Shown here: piece by piece, positions 11,410 through 25,737 of the stretch
Numbering within the stretch: the stretch's first letter is position 1
How the letters are laid out: the number at the start of each line of letters is the position of its first letter
Source of the DNA: Isurus oxyrinchus
Taxonomy: Eukaryota
Assembly (NCBI GenBank): GCA_026770705.1
Contig: JANJGN010000052.1
Coordinates: 620,001-684,000 of the forward strand
Length of the DNA: 64,000 nt
Reading direction: 5' to 3'
The notes under the pieces: model-generated
Seen by the model: the letters and a program-made list of their open reading frames with translations, nothing else
Told to the model about the DNA's origin: nothing
The model's database searches: none
Program-made: the position numbers and the translations under genes

Positions 11410-13100
11410 TGTTTGTGCACAAGCCTGCTATCCAACAGAACTGAAGTTGGGGAAAATCCATTTGGAATTCCACTGTCCAGGGCATTGTGTTAACTTGCTG
11501 AGTTTGTTTTAAATCTAACATCTATTTTTGGTCTGTTGCCTTAAAGGGAGTGTAACTGGGAGTCAGGTTAATTAGGAATTTTAGGAGTTATTATAGCAGT
11601 CATTGTAGTCTTATGTATGTGCTTAAAATCTTTTATTTTGATGACAAATATTTTAATTTATTTTTTTAACTCTCTAAAGGTCTTGGTGTAATTATTGCTT
11701 CTGAATTCAGTGCACACATCTCATAATAAATACAAATTGCAAAATCATTATGATCGTGTGACCACCTTTCTCTCATGGACTTGGTCTGCCTGGCACACAT
11801 CACCTGCCAAGTGATAACACTGTTGTAATATGCCTTTCAGGGACAGCAGCATGACATCACTCGAGGGGAAGTGTGTCATGTGATTTTTAGGAGTTGGGCT
11901 TGGCTAAAGGAAGTTCTCTGTGTATTTGTGTGCGTTAGGCATAAGGTATATCTTTCAGTTCAAGTTTAGTTTGTATTTCTGTATTTGGGTGTTTTGAAAA
12001 GGGGGAACTTGAGTTTTGGTTTCACTTTGGAAGAAGCCGCCTATCTAATGCGTTTTTATGACTCTTGAAGGGAAGTCAAAACAAACACAAGGTAGAAGAA
12101 ACTGTGCTGTTGCCTAGTAACAGTGATCCAGAGGGAAAGACCCACAGAGACTGAAAAAGAAAGAAAAGTACTTTCAGTTCTGTTGAAAGGAGTTGCCAGG
12201 AGAAGCAGCAAAGGATTGGGACAGATAGTCAGTCCCAAAGTAAAGATGAAGCCAAAACCATCGAGTGGAACAGGAGAAAGGGCCCAAGAAGACGTTCTTA
12301 TCAAATCTGGAAAAAGCCCTGTTAAGTGAAGTTAAGAGTGAGGAGCAGAAGAAGGCTCCAAACATAAAGGGAGAAAGCAGCAGGACACAGACCTAAAGCA
12401 AAATAGGCTTGCGAGAAGCCAGAAGATCCTAGGAGACACCACAGGTTGGTGACTCATTACTACGGCCATGTGAAGCCATGGTGTTCCATTGACACGGCTG
12501 AGCATTGGAGAGACAGGGCGTGGAAGGAAGGCTGAATGCACGTGGCGATCCAGGGGGCAGGAACATGGGAAGGAGAGTTTGAAATAGTGAAAGTGGACCC
12601 TTGTGGAAGGTGTCTGAGTGAAAGTGTCATGTTGGAGAAGATTCCAAAGCGAGTTCTTGGAGAGTCAGTGAGACTGGTTGTCTCACAGTGTAACAAGCGT
12701 CTGGGGTCAGATGAGGAGGGAGACTTGGCATTTGTTTCAAGTGGGTTCTGTCAGTTTCTTTAAGAATGTGGTGTCCCTGACCACAGGTCGTCTATTGGTT
12801 TACATCGACTGTGTACTTAGTGTGAACATGAGAGTATACGATAACTATTGTAACTTATGATCTACTTATGAATCTGTAAATGTATAGGTCTGGGTGAAGG
12901 AGTAATGTAATATAGTTTGTCTTTCCTAGTTTAATAAATGTTTTATTCTTTTGTTAGAAGTTCATCAGATGATTCCTGTGACTCTGTTCAGTAGCAGCAC
13001 TCCACATTCCTAAATAATAAATAAAAGTTAGGACCTATCAAGCTGAGCTCCACCCTGGGATCTGACTTGCCCAGTAGTAACATCAGCTGGGATGATAACA
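11410..13100. mobile_element. Probable LTR-like/unclassified interspersed repeat(s) in intron (inverted copy ~46165-47890)
   Basis: Interrupts sequence that is contiguous elsewhere (35730, 48590); AATAAA signals and ...ACA end; no coding motif recognised. Confidence 0.35.
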
Positions 13101-13899
13101 CCATCCAGTCCAAGTTTCACTTTGGCCTGTGAGCAGAACACAGCTCACACAGTTTGGCCGCAGGTGTCTCCCAGCTTTCTATCCTTGTATATCTGTTCTC
13201 ATGTCCCTGTTCTAAATAACTGAACCCACAATGTGTTTACCCAAATCCGTATCAGTGGCTGGTGCCTTTATATCATTATAAAAACACAACATGGTGATCA
13301 GCGGTGGCCAAACATTCTGGCAGCAAGATTCAGTACAGGTATGACGTGGTGAACAGCCTTAGATCGAGCTACATGACATGAGACGACCCTCGACGCTTTG
13401 GTCAGACCACAACAGAGACACAGCATCAGAGAGGGTTGAAATCGCAGTGTACTGACTGCTCAGGAAACCTTTGAAGACACAGTGACGGGACAGAGCTCAA
13501 GTAAAGAGCTGGGGAGCAGACGGATCCCTCGTGGTGAGATTACAGCACACGGCCTGTAGGTCAGTGAGTGGGACAGTGTGTATCGCCAGGACCAGCAGCG
13601 GGTTAGCTCAGTCAGGGAAGGCGAGTGACCAGGGTGTGGGCTGGATCGATAGTGAGCGAGGGAGAGTCAAACACACAAAAACCATTATAAAAATCAGCCC
13701 AGAGAAGTTAGTGATTATAACGGGCGGCTTCCAGATTGCTGAACAGCAAATTGAATAAAAAACAAAGACTCCATTACTCCGTGGTGTGTTCCTGCCACAA
13801 CCCGTCTTCGTGGGCGGAGCTTCGGAAAAGCGCACAAAAGGGGCTAAAGCGACACTCATCCCAGGTCCTGTAGGAGAAGGCAGGTCAAAGGAATATTGT

Positions 13900-15080
13900 C
13901 AGAATGTCCACGAAATTCCCCAGTTTGAACTGGGATGTAGCTGACCGACTATCTGAATTCAGAATGTTTAAACAGCGTACAGAGCTCTGGTTTCCTGATT
14001 CAGGTGTGACTGAACCAGACGAGCCACCCATAAAAATTCACCTCGTGATTGGGAATGAAGGTCTACACAGGCTGAACACGTCAGGATTAACAGCAGAAGA
14101 GTGAAAGGATCCCCAATAGATATGGACGACTTTGGAAGACAGGTTCAGAATCAGGTGAAACTCCATATTCATCAACTAGAGTTTATGTCATTTCATCAGC
14201 CTACACAATCCATAGACCACTTTGTCAGCCAATGTAGAGAAAAGGGTACGCACTGTGATTTCAAACACAGAGCCTGCAGACAGAGTTGTTGAGTTGGTGA
14301 TCGCATCCACTCCCATGGAAGCCTTCCAGAAAGATCTGCTAGATAAGTCCAAAACCTATAGCATTGAAGAGCTACTCAAGGATGGACATAAATACGAAGT
14401 AATCCTCGCAGGTCAACGAAGCTTACAGGTCCTCAGTACAACATCAATTGTTGACACACTCACTAGAACATCCAAACCTAGTGAGACGTGTGGAAGGTGT
14501 GGCCTTCTGCAGGCACCAAGGAAATGCCCAGCTTTCCACCAATCCTGCAAGGCTTGTGGCAGAAAGGGCCATTGACAGCGGCAGGGCACGAGAGCAAAGG
14601 CTGATGCAGCTACAAAGAGCCGTGCGCTGATCCAAACAGACCCTACACAACTGGGAACCTTCAAGCAATAAGAATGACCATCCACTATCCCATCAGGAAC
14701 ATATACATGTGGTGACAGACAAACCAGGAAATGGCGATGATGTGCACGGTGAGACGAGGAGCGGTGATCGATATTCCACCTCTCACACATATCCTGACGT
14801 GGCTTGCCAATAAATTGTGGATTGTTGTCCTTAATGATCTCTCTCAGCACATCAAATAAACTGAAAATGTCCCATAGGGGTGGGATTTTCTGGCCCCACC
14901 CACTGCCAGGATTATCCAGTCTGGCCAAAAGCCAATGGATTTATGTTTGTCCCAGTTTCACATACTACCCCATCACCTCAATTCATGACATAACATTGAA
15001 ATATGCAGAAAGTTTCAACAATATTGGCAGTTTCAAAGGAGCTCCAACATTACACCTGCTGGACAATGCAAGTCTGTCAA
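13900..15080 (+). mobile_element. Degenerate Ty3/Gypsy gag-pol remnant
   Basis: gag-like LNWD...FRMFKQRTELWF and CGRCG...CPAFHQSCKACGRKGH zinc knuckles; stops and frameshifts. Confidence 0.75.
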
Positions 15081-16024
15081 TTGATCTAGTCCATTTAGCA
15101 CAACACAAATGCCAGCAGCTGCAAGAGGGAACGGTGAAAGCTTCTACGCTACGGAAACTGAGGAAGCATCATTGAAGGATCTCCTGATTCAACTTGATCT
15201 TATTGGGATGAGCAAGGCATCTCCCGGGGAGTCATTTTTAAAGGCAGGCAGGGCATCATACTGGAATCTTTGTGATCCGATATTCTTCGACAACTTGGCA
15301 GTGGGAAATAGTGGGGACAGCCTGTCAAGGTAAGAAAATGAGGGGCCCATTGGCAGGTGTCAGTACTGTCCACATGTGTGTCCATCTCAGGCTGTTGGCT
15401 GGCCGAGTGCTTACAAGGATTTGAGATCACCTACAACATTTTGACTGTGACTCTCAGCACTCCACTGTGCCTGCTCTTGGACAATGTCCTTTACAGTGCA
15501 TCGAAGGGAGGGCCTGCTGAACCTGCAATGTGAAAAACTGCCCAGGGATATGTCCAATCCAGCGGGACAATTCCAACCTGGCCAATCACCACCTTATTAA
15601 TTTACTCTTCATCATAAGCAAAGTGACAAAGGTGTAATGGACATTAAGAGGCATTGACTCAACAATAACCTGCTCATCCAGCATGGTGGTAGTGCCACAC
15701 AACACAATGGAGGGTATCCTCAGTGAAAGGACGGGACTTCATCTCCAAGGTTTCTGTTCAGGACCAGGGTCCTATGGAGTCACTACACACAAAGGCTCAG
15801 CGGTGAGGCCTAACCAAGGAGAAATCAGATCCATTCCCGCTCCTCAATCACCATACAGTCCTGTTGCATGGAGTCATCGGGCTGAATTTTCCCGTTGGCG
15901 AGCAGGGGGCAGGGCCTGCTCAGCGACACTATGATGATGCGGGATGACATCAGGAGGAACCCCCGACATCATCCTGCTCCATTTAAATATTCAGGCCCAC
16001 CCGCCCGACAGGCAGGAAATTCAG

Positions 16025-18820
16025 CCCATAGAGTCATAGATTCACAGGGGTCCACAGCACAGTAAAAGGCCCTTTGGCCCATCGAATCTGCGTCGGTCAA
16101 ACAAGTACCTAATTGTTCTAATCCCATTAATGCACTGGGCCCAAAGCCTTGTATGCGATGGCATCACAAGTGCACATCCAAATACTTCTTAAATGTTATG
16201 AGGGTTTCTGCCTCTCCCACCCTTTCAGGCAGTGAGTTCCAGATTCAATCTATGCAACATCCTGGTAAATCTCCTCTGCACCCTCTCTAGGGCAATCACA
16301 TCCTTCCTATAATGTGGGTTCCAGAACTGCACGCAATATTCTAGCTGTGGCCTAACCAGTGTTCTATACAGTTCCAGCATAACCTCCCTGCTCTTATATT
16401 CTATCTCTCGGCTAATAAAGGCAAGTATTCCATATGCCTTCTTAACCACCTTATCCACCTGTCCCACTACTTTAAGGGAACGGTGGACATGCACACCAAG
16501 GTCCCTCTGATCCTTGTTACTTTCCAGGGTCCTACCATTCATTGTCTATTCCTGTGCCTTGTTTATCCTGCCCAAGTGCATCACCTCACACTTATGCAGG
16601 TTAAATTCCATTTGGCACTGATCAGCCCATCTGACCAGCCCGTCTATATCCCCCTGTAATCTAAGGCTATCCTCTTCATTATTTACCACCCCATCAATTT
16701 CCATATCATCCGCGAAGTCACTGATCAACCTTCCTACATTCAAGTTTAGACCGTTTATATATACCACAAACAGCAAGGGACCCAACACCGATCCCTGTGG
16801 AACCCCACTGGACACAGGCATCCAGTCACAAAAACACCCGTCGACCATCACCCTCTACTTCCTGGCACTCAGCCAATTCTGGATCCAATTTGCCAAATTC
16901 CCTTGGATCCCATGTGCTCTTACTTTCGTTTACAGTCTCCCATGCTGGACCTTATCAAAAGCCTTGCTGATGTCCAAGTTGACTATGTCAAATTCATTGC
17001 CCTCATCTACACAATTGGTCACCTCTTCAAAAAATTCAATCAAACTGGTCAGACATGACCTCCCTTTAACAAAACCATGCTGACTGTCCTTGATTAATCC
17101 CTGCCTCTCCAAGTGTAGATTAATTCTGTCCCTCAGAATTGCTTTCAATAGTTTCCCCACCACTGAGGTTAGACTGACTGACCTGTTGTTCCCTGGTTTA
17201 TCCCTTCCTCCCTTCTTGAATAACGCTACCACATTGGCTGTCCTCCAGTCCTCTGGTACCTCTCCTCTGGCCAGAGATGTATTGAAAATTATTGCCAGCA
17301 CCCCTGCTATCTCCTCCTTTGCCTCACTCAACAGCCTGAGATACATTTCATCCGGGCCTGCAGATATATCTACGTTTGAGACTGCCAGACAACTTAGAAC
17401 CTCGTTCCTTTCTATTCTAATTTCTTTAACTATATCACAGTCCTTCTGCCTGATTTCCAAACCCACATTGCCCCTCTCACTTGTGAACACTGACACAAAG
17501 TGTTCATTTAGAACCCTACCTACATCTTCCGGTTCCACACACAAACTACCAATATGGTCCTTAATGGGCCTTACTCTTTCCCTAGTTATCCTCTTACTCT
17601 TAATGTACTTGTAAAATAACTTTGGATTTTCCTTCATTTTTCCTGCTAATGTTTCTTCATGGCCCCTTTTTGCTCTACTAATTTTCTTTTTAAGGTCCCC
17701 CCTACACATTCTATACTCTTCTAAGGCTTCCACTGTTTTGAGCCCTTGGTATCTGCCATAAGCCTCCCTTTTTCTCTTTATCCAATCCTGTAAATCTCTC
17801 GACATCCAGGATTCCCTGGATTTGTTGGTCCCACCCTTTGCCTTTACTGGAATATGTTGGCCCTGTACTCTCCCCACTTCCTTCCTGAATGAGTCCCATT
17901 GCTCTGACGCAGATTTCCCTAAAGGTAGCTGCTCCCAGTTCCACTCTGGCCAAATCATATTTGATCTTATTAAAATCAGCCTTCCACCAATTGAGAACTC
18001 AGATTTCTGGCCCATCCTTGTTCTTTTCCATAACAACCTAGAATCTAATGGAATGATGATCACTATCTGCACAATGCTCCCCCACTGATACGTCTACAAC
18101 TTGCCTGGTTACATTCCTTAAAATTTACTCCAGGACCGACCCCTCTCTTGTAGGATTTTCTATGTACTGGCTTAAAAATCTCTCCTGGATGCATTTTAAC
18201 AATTCTGCCCCCTCTAAAACTATCACACTATGACTAACCCAGTTATTGTTGGGGAAGGTGAAAAGCCCCACCATTACAACCCGATTATTTTTATACTTCT
18301 CTGAATTTTGCCTTTGTATCTGCACTTCTATTTCTCTGAGTGTCATTGGGCCTGTAGAACACTCCCAGCAAGCTGATTGTTCCTTATTTGTTTTTAGGTT
18401 CTACCCATATGGCTTCATTTGAGGAGCCCCCTAAGGTGTCTTCCCTCCTCACTGCAATAACTGATTCCTTGATCAATCTTGCAATACCCCCTCCTCTTTT
18501 ACCTCCTTCCCTGTCTTGCCAGAAGACCCTGTATCCTGTAATATTGAGCGGCCAATCCTGCCCCTCTCTAATCCATGTCTGTGACAGCAATGACATCATA
18601 CATCCATGTGTTATTTGTGACCTCAACTCATCTGCTTTATTCGTCAGACTCCTTGCATTAAAGTAAATATAATCCAACTTTGCCACGCTATCTTGTGCCT
18701 TAACTGGCCAATAATTTCTCTGCCTTCCAGGTTCACTTGCTCTCTCTTCTAATTTTGGCTGTGCATCTCCCTCTGCTGAACCTCCTCTCTGGATCCCATC
18801 CCCTGCCATGTTAGTTTAAA
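16025..18820 (-). mobile_element. CR1 LINE ORF2 (endonuclease + RT), fragmented
   Basis: YFNARSL, VPEDWRTANV, QHGFVKGRSCLT, GVPQGSVLGP, FADD, LVRPQLEYC motifs. Confidence 0.95.
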
Positions 18821-21278
18821 GCCTCCCCAATTGCATCAAGGGTAAAATGCCAATTGAAACCAGGGACAACATCCAAGAATGACAATCCCACAGATCACTG
18901 TGAGCATTTAAAGACACCTCCAGACAAGGTTACCAACACAAGATCTGGGCGTAAGTGCAGATTACCTCTACTCTTTAGACACTCAAATATTCAACAAATC
19001 TATACTGTTATGTAATTGTCAATAAAATTGAAAATGATACCAGAAACCTCTTGTTCCCTGTCCTTCTCAAAGATCCATCCCTGCAGCTGGAGCCTTAAGA
19101 GTTATTGATGTGGGTCTTAATTTATCAGATTGTAGAATGATCGGGAACAAAAGGAAGCCATTTGGCCCATCGAGCCTGTGCTGGGCTTTTGAAAGATCTG
19201 TCCAATTAGTCCCACTCTCACCTCTGCTCTCTCCTCCACAGCCCTGCAAAATGTCACCTTCAAGTATTTATCCAGTTCCCCTTCTGAAAGTTCCTGTTGA
19301 ATCTGCTTCCACCGGCCTTTCAGGCAGTGAGTCAATGGTCTCTCTCTGAGCTGCAAAGTGCCCAGATTCTGTGAAATTTGAACTCTGCAGCAGGTCAGAG
19401 ACAATCATGATAACTCAGAATATTTGACAGTTTTACACACAGACAGCTTTGCCTTCCTTCTCTCTTTCAGTTATCTTGCTCCCTTATTGAAGTATCTAGC
19501 ATGGTGAGAATGGACAGGAAGTGTGACACTGAACAGCCTGTCTATTCTAGGAGCTGCTGTGTTGTCTTCATGGGCAATTTTGAATAAAGGCAGCAAAGGA
19601 CACAAATTTCAGGTCATTGCTATCGGAGACCTCACATCAGGATAGACTTCATCCCCCAGTTTTTATCCCTGATTTTCTATTCAGCTGATCACTCCCCTGT
19701 CACTGGCTGAACTACACTAACTCTCAGTCCAGCAATGACTCAAATTTCAAATTCTCATCATTGATTTCTTACCCCACCATCCCCCCTCTACACTCTCTAT
19801 CACTGTAACCTCCTCCAACCCTAAAAACCTCTGAGATCTCTGCTCTCCTCCAATTCTGCTGTCAGACAGGAGGTCAGTGTGTATCAGTAAGCACAGGGGT
19901 GATGGGTGAATGGGACTTGGTGTGAGTTTGTACACTGGCTCACTGGCTCAATCGGGCAGGATTGAGATGGACTCCCCCACGGACTTACACCCCCCGCTTA
20001 CTAAACAGTTCCAATCTTTACCCAGAGAGAGGGGAGAATGTGGAACTCGCTCCCACAGGGAGTGGTTGAGGTGAACAGTATCGATGTATTTAAGGGGCAT
20101 GAGGGTCGGTAACCAGAGGGACACAGATTGACGAACTGGATGGGGAATTTGTTTTGACAGAGCGAGTTGTTGTGATCTGGAAGGTGCTGCCTGAAATGGC
20201 AGTGGAAGCAGATTCAATAGGAACTTTCAAAAGGGAAATTGGATAAACACTTGAAGGAGGAAGATGGGGGTAAAGTGGAGTGGTGCTTAGTGGATCTGAT
20301 TGGATAGAACATTGAAAGACCTGGCACAGGCACAATGGGCTGAATGGCCTCCTCCTGTGCTGTATCATTCTCCGCTTCCATGATCTCTCCCCCAGTCAGT
20401 AACCACTCCAGATCCCTCTTGAAGGTGACAGAGAATCAGCAACCACCACACCCACTGACAGCACATTCCCGAGGATCACTACTCTCTGGGAAAAGATGAA
20501 CTCCCCAACATCCAACCTATTCCTGCTTCCCAGAGAGTGTAAACCCTTCAGGGAGGCACTGAGGAAGTTTTCAATAAAATGACATCAAATCCACCGTTTG
20601 AGAAACAATTGAATTCCGAAGAACTCACAGCTTGTGTAGCAAACTGGGAAGTAGAGTTGCTGGGAAAGCTGGGAAACACAAGGATTAAGGGCTACAATGC
20701 CACCACTGGTGAGAGGCTGTAACTACAGCGTGACGTTTACATAGGCAGTCATCATTATAAACAGGGGCTTTGGACATACTGGGAATTATGTGCACGGAAA
20801 TAGTGAGAACATTATGTAAGCTTTTCACCAGCAGGAATTCTCTTCCTAAACCTCTCCAACTCTCTCTTACTCTCAGATACACAAAGAAAATCACACAGAA
20901 TCAGATAAGGAGGAGTTGGGTTGGTGATTCGTCAAAGGGTTAGGTTTCAGGAAGCTTCTTAAAGGGAGAGAGAGAGTTGGAGACGCAGAGAGTATCTGTG
21001 AGAGCCTCTAAGCATCTGAGTGTCTGTAATAGTAATTTCCATATTCTTCCATAAATATGAATGGGAACACAAATCCCAGAATTCAGGCTAACTCTCCAGT
21101 GCAGTAGTGAGGGAGGTCAGGTAACCCATGAGGGAGTGAGTGTTAGTGTTTGTGTGTGAGTGTGTCTTTGTGTGTGGTCATATATGTGTGTCTGCACGTG
21201 TCTATTTAGGTGTGTATGTTCGATGGTGTTTGTGTAGTGTTCGAATCTGAGAGAGATGTTGAAGTCTGTGTAACTCAC

Positions 21279-21560
21279 GTTCCACAGTGATGGTTATGAA
21301 CCCCTCCACTGCTCCATGTTCATTCTCTGCCACACACTGATAGTCTCCAGTGTCCCTGGATGTAACGTGAGGAATCACCAACCACAGCTCATTGTTGGAA
21401 CTTGTTCTGTTCATTGGGACATTAAGATGTCGCCACGTCAGGTTAGAAGCTGGGAAGCTCTCGACAGAGCAGATTATCACTGCAGAATTCCCCTCAATTA
21501 TATTGATCGATGAAGCGTTAATCATATCAAGAGAAGTAATTGAGAGATTCTGTGGTGCGT
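21279..21560 (-). CDS. Second C2-set Ig exon, intact, gene B
   Basis: 282 nt, phase 1/1, cag/gt; APQNLSI...ICSVESFPASNLTW...DTGDYQCVAENEHG. Confidence 0.88.
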
Positions 21561-21696
21561 CTGAAAACAAATACAGATCAGTTAACTTACACTGACTGTG
21601 AAGCACTTTGAAAGACACTGAGAATGTGAAAGGTGTGATGTCAATGTACGTTCTTTCACCACATAGCCCGTAATCCAGGCAGACACTTCAGTTCAG

Positions 21697-22045
21697 TATT
21701 GAGGGCGTGCTGCACTGTCAGAGGGTCAGTACTGAGGGAGTGCTGCACTGTCAGAGAGTCAGTACTGAGGGAGTGCTGCACTGCCAGAGGTTCAGTACTG
21801 AGGGAGTGCTGCACTGTCAGAGGGTCAGTCCTCAGAGGGTGCAGTCAGTGCTGCACTGTAGGAGGGACAGTACTGTGGGAGCACTGCAGTGCAGGAGGGT
21901 TACTGCTGAGATAAAACTGCACAGTCAGAGCGTCAGTTCTGATTGACCAGTGCAATGTTGGAGGAGCACTACTGAGGGATCATTACACTATTAGAGAGAC
22001 AGTAATGAGGGAGTGCTGCACTGTAGAAGGGTCAGTGCTGAGGAG
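21697..22045 (+). repeat. 33-bp minisatellite array
   Basis: Same unit as 1325-2305. Confidence 0.85.
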
Positions 22046-22304
22046 GCAAACATGCTGTTATGTGTGTACTATAGGCCTCCTGTGATAATGTGGAGTGCCA
22101 GGTACTTTTAAGAGAATACAAGTGGATAAACCATGTGACAGTACTGACCAATCACTGGACAGTGTGGGCCACTGGTTAACTGTAAGTCCAGAGCTGGAGG
22201 TGGTTGTGGGAGCAGGCAAGGATTTAGTGCTCTGCCCTCTGTTACAATAAATAATCAGCTTGTTCTAATGTCGGTCTCTCTTGGTTATTGATAGCGAGCA
22301 TCAG

Positions 22305-22520
22305 CTAAGAATAACTCAACAGGTCTGGCAGCATCGGGGGAGAAGAAAAGAGTTGATGTTTCGAGTCCTCATGACCCTTCGACAGAACTGAGGTCATGAG
22401 GACTCGAACCGTCAACACTTTTCTTCTCCGCCGATGCTGCCAGACCTGCTGAGTTTTTCCAGGTAATTCTGTTTTTGTTTTGGATTTCCAGCATCCGCAG
22501 TTTTTTTGTTTTTATCAACT
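22305..22520. mobile_element. Penelope-like terminal fragment in inverted (hairpin) arrangement
   Basis: CTCAGCAGGTCTGGCAGCATC...GTTTCGAGTC-like arm and its reverse complement; same family as 33290, 35141, 36805. Confidence 0.6.
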
Positions 22521-22559
22521 AACAAGTGTATATGAAGGAATGCAATTCGAGTTTACTCA

Positions 22560-24330
22560 ACCAGTGAACTCATAGACTCAAGATATAAAACCAACAAACA
22601 GTCAGGGAGAGATGGACAATCCAACATGTGATCACATTTCAGAGATGTGTAAGAATAATAAAGCAGTAATACTCAGGGATTTTAACTACCCAAATATTAA
22701 CTGGGACAGCTTTAGTGAGCAAGGTAGGGAGGGAGAAAAATTCTGAAGTTGCATCCAGGAGAAGATTTTTAGTCTGTGCATAGAAAGCTCAACAAGGGAG
22801 GGGACAGTTCTGGACCTAATATATGGAAAAGCGCCGGGGAAGTTGGAAAGCGTATCAGTAGGGGAGATGGTGACTGTAACTCAATTGGATTTAGGACAGT
22901 TATGGAGAAGGATAAGTTTGTGCTGGGAATAAAAATTCTAAACTGGGGAAAGGCTAATTTTACTAAGATGAGATATGATTTGGCCCAAGTGGACTGAGAG
23001 AAGCTCTTTGCAGATAAAACTGTGTCAGAGCAGTGGGAGGCATTCAAGGAGGGAATAGCGAGAGTACAGAGCAGATATCTTCCTGTAAAGACAAAGAGGG
23101 AGACCAAGTCTGGAGAACCCTGGAAGACAAGGAACATAAAGGTTAGGACTGAGAAAAAAAAGAAGCTTATGGCAGATACTGAGGGCTCAATACAGCAGAG
23201 TCCCTAGAGGAGTACAAATAGTGCAGAGGGGAACTGAAAAAGGACATGAGGAAAGATAAGAGAGTGCATGAGAAAGCACTGGTGGGTAGAATAAAGCAAA
23301 ACCCAGAGGGGTTTTTTAAATATGTAAAAAGCAGCAGAATAACTCGGGAAAGAGTGGGGCCGATTAGGGGCCATAGAGGTGATGTGTGTGTGGACCTGGA
23401 AGACGTGGGTACAGTCCTCAATGAATACTTTGCATCTGTCTTCACAATGGAAAAGGATGATGCAGGTATAACATCAGGGTGGAGGACTGTGAAATATGAG
23501 ATGAAATTAACACAGAGAGAGGAGGTACTAGTGGGTTTAGTGGCCTGAAAAGTGGATAAATCCACAAGCCCAGATGAGATGAATCCAAAGCTGTTGAGGG
23601 AGGAAAGGGAAGAGATATCAGGGGCCCTGGCAGTAATTTTCAAATCCTCTCTGGCCACAGGTGAGGTGCCAGAGGACTGGAGGATGGCTAATGTTGTCCC
23701 ATTATTAAAAAAGGGAGGAAGGGATAGATCAGGAAATTACAGGCCAGTCAGTCTAACCTCGGTGGTGGGGAAGTTACTAGTAAGAATTCTGAAGGACAGA
23801 ATGAATCTGCACTGGGAGAGACAAGGATTAATCTGGGATATTCAGTTGGATTTGTTAAGGGAAGGTCATGTTTGACAAACCTGATCAAATCTTTTGAGGA
23901 GGTAACCAGGAGTGTTGATGAGAGTAATGCCTTTGTTGTGGTCGACATGGGCTGAGGAAGGCTTTTGATAAGGTGCCTCTTGGCAGAGAGGCCAAGAAAG
24001 TAAGAGCCCATGGGATCCAAGGCAAAGTGGCACGTTGGATCCAATATTGGCTGAGGCAGGAAGCAGAGGGTGATGGTGGAGGGATGTTTCTGTGACTGGA
24101 TGTCTGTTTCCAGTGGGGTTCCACAGGGCTCAGTGCTGGGGCACTTGCTGTTTGTGGTGTATATAAATGAATTGGACTTATATAAAGGAGGAATGATCAA
24201 GACGCAAATGGAATTCAACCTGGAAATATGTGAGGTGATGCACTTGGGGAGGGAGTTGCTGACCAGCATGGACATGATGGGCTAAATGGCCTCCTTCTGT
24301 CTATGTGTCTATGAGTCTATGAGTCCATGA
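22560..24330 (+). mobile_element. CR1 LINE ORF2 remnant in the C2-C2 intron of gene B
   Basis: LNWGKANF, GEVPEDWRMANV, NYRPVSLTSVVGK, SGVPQGSVLG; (CTATGAGT)-like tail. Confidence 0.92.
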
Positions 24331-24496
24331 TGCACTGTCGGAGAGTCAGTAGTAAGGATGTACTGCCTGTCAGGGCTCACTTTTTACCAGTTAAACACCA
24401 ATGGTTTGTTGGTAAACAAAGTGCAGTATGTGGGAGCTTGCTGTGCACATTTGATACTATTCCAGCTAATGTAGAAAGAAGGGTGTTTGTACTTAG

Positions 24497-24793
24497 ATAG
24501 CACAGTCAGTACGAGGGTCCGCTCCGATGAAACAGATGGATATCTCACTCTGCAGCTGAGAGTGTGTCCGTGGTGTTTGAGTGATGGGATCAGGGTCAGA
24601 ACAGAAGTATAGGTCAGAGTGACACCATGCTGAGTTACAGTGTTTGAGACTGATCCAGGTACGTCAGTGGGAGTGTCCCAGGTTAAGACAGGTGCTGCTG
24701 TTCCATTGCACGTTGTGTTGAAGGTGCAGCTTACATCCACATGCTTTCCTGCAATAATTTCAGCAGGGAATATCGTGGGTTTATCTGTGAAAT
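24497..24793 (-). CDS. C2-set Ig exon (domain 2), gene B; donor mutated GT>CT, frame reads on to a stop at 24384
   Basis: 297 nt open, near-identical to 5954-6250; ends T|ctaagt where paralogues have |gtaagt. Confidence 0.82.
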
Positions 24794-25737
24794 CTAACAG
24801 ACAGAGAATGGATCCTTTTAGAGAAATATAACGTGAAGCATCAGTTCAACTAGAAACCACAGTCCCACAAGAGAAAGCACTTTTACAAGGATGATATCAG
24901 AACTGAGAGGTTACAATGATCATTTTAGAATTGTCTATTTTTACACTTGTTGAATCTCTGTCACTCAGATTAATACACTCTCACTCAGTGACCCTTGATT
25001 TGACCAGACTGGGTGAGGGTGGAGGAACAGCTCACAGCTCGGGGAGAACAGACTCAGCATTTGGAAAAGGATATAGAGACACTGGAGAGGGTGGTAAAAA
25101 GCTTCACAAGGATGATCTCAGCAATGTGAGGCTTTACCTATCAGGAGAGGATGTACAGGCTGGGTCTCTGTTCTCTTGAACAGAGAAGGTTGAAGGGTGA
25201 CCTCATTTGACCTTTGAAGTAGTGAAAGGTTTTGATCGAGTAGACATGGAGAGAATGTTTCCACTCCTCACAATGAACAAAACCAGAGGCTGACAATATA
25301 AGATCGTCACTAATAAATCCAATGGGGAATTCAGGAGAAACTTCTTTACCCAGAGAGTGGGGAGAATGTGTGGTTCAAGAATCACTTCATTGGCTGTGAA
25401 TCGATTTAGGATCGTCCTGAGGTGGTGAAAGGCGCTATAGGAATGCAACTCATTCTGTTGTCAATTTGTGGGAATTTAAAACAGGATTAGACAGCTTGAT
25501 AAGAGTGGATAACCTGATAACATTGATGGACACACTCAATCTATTTAATCATTGATATTAAAGTGAGTATTAGAGGTTGCTTTAGGACTGAACTGGAAGC
25601 TATCACCAGGTTATTGAGAATCAGACAGTGTGTTATAATAAGCTGTGTTTTGTGTTAATATGTAAACGTCACAGATTGTGTTATTTCCCATTGAGTGTTG
25701 AATGTGAATTGTTGAGTAATTATAACACAGCACTTAC

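Noticed and set aside
16930-18072. 380-aa ORF as a host or domesticated gene
   Set aside because: Part of a CR1 ORF2 broken by stops and frameshifts, and deleted in the mirrored copy
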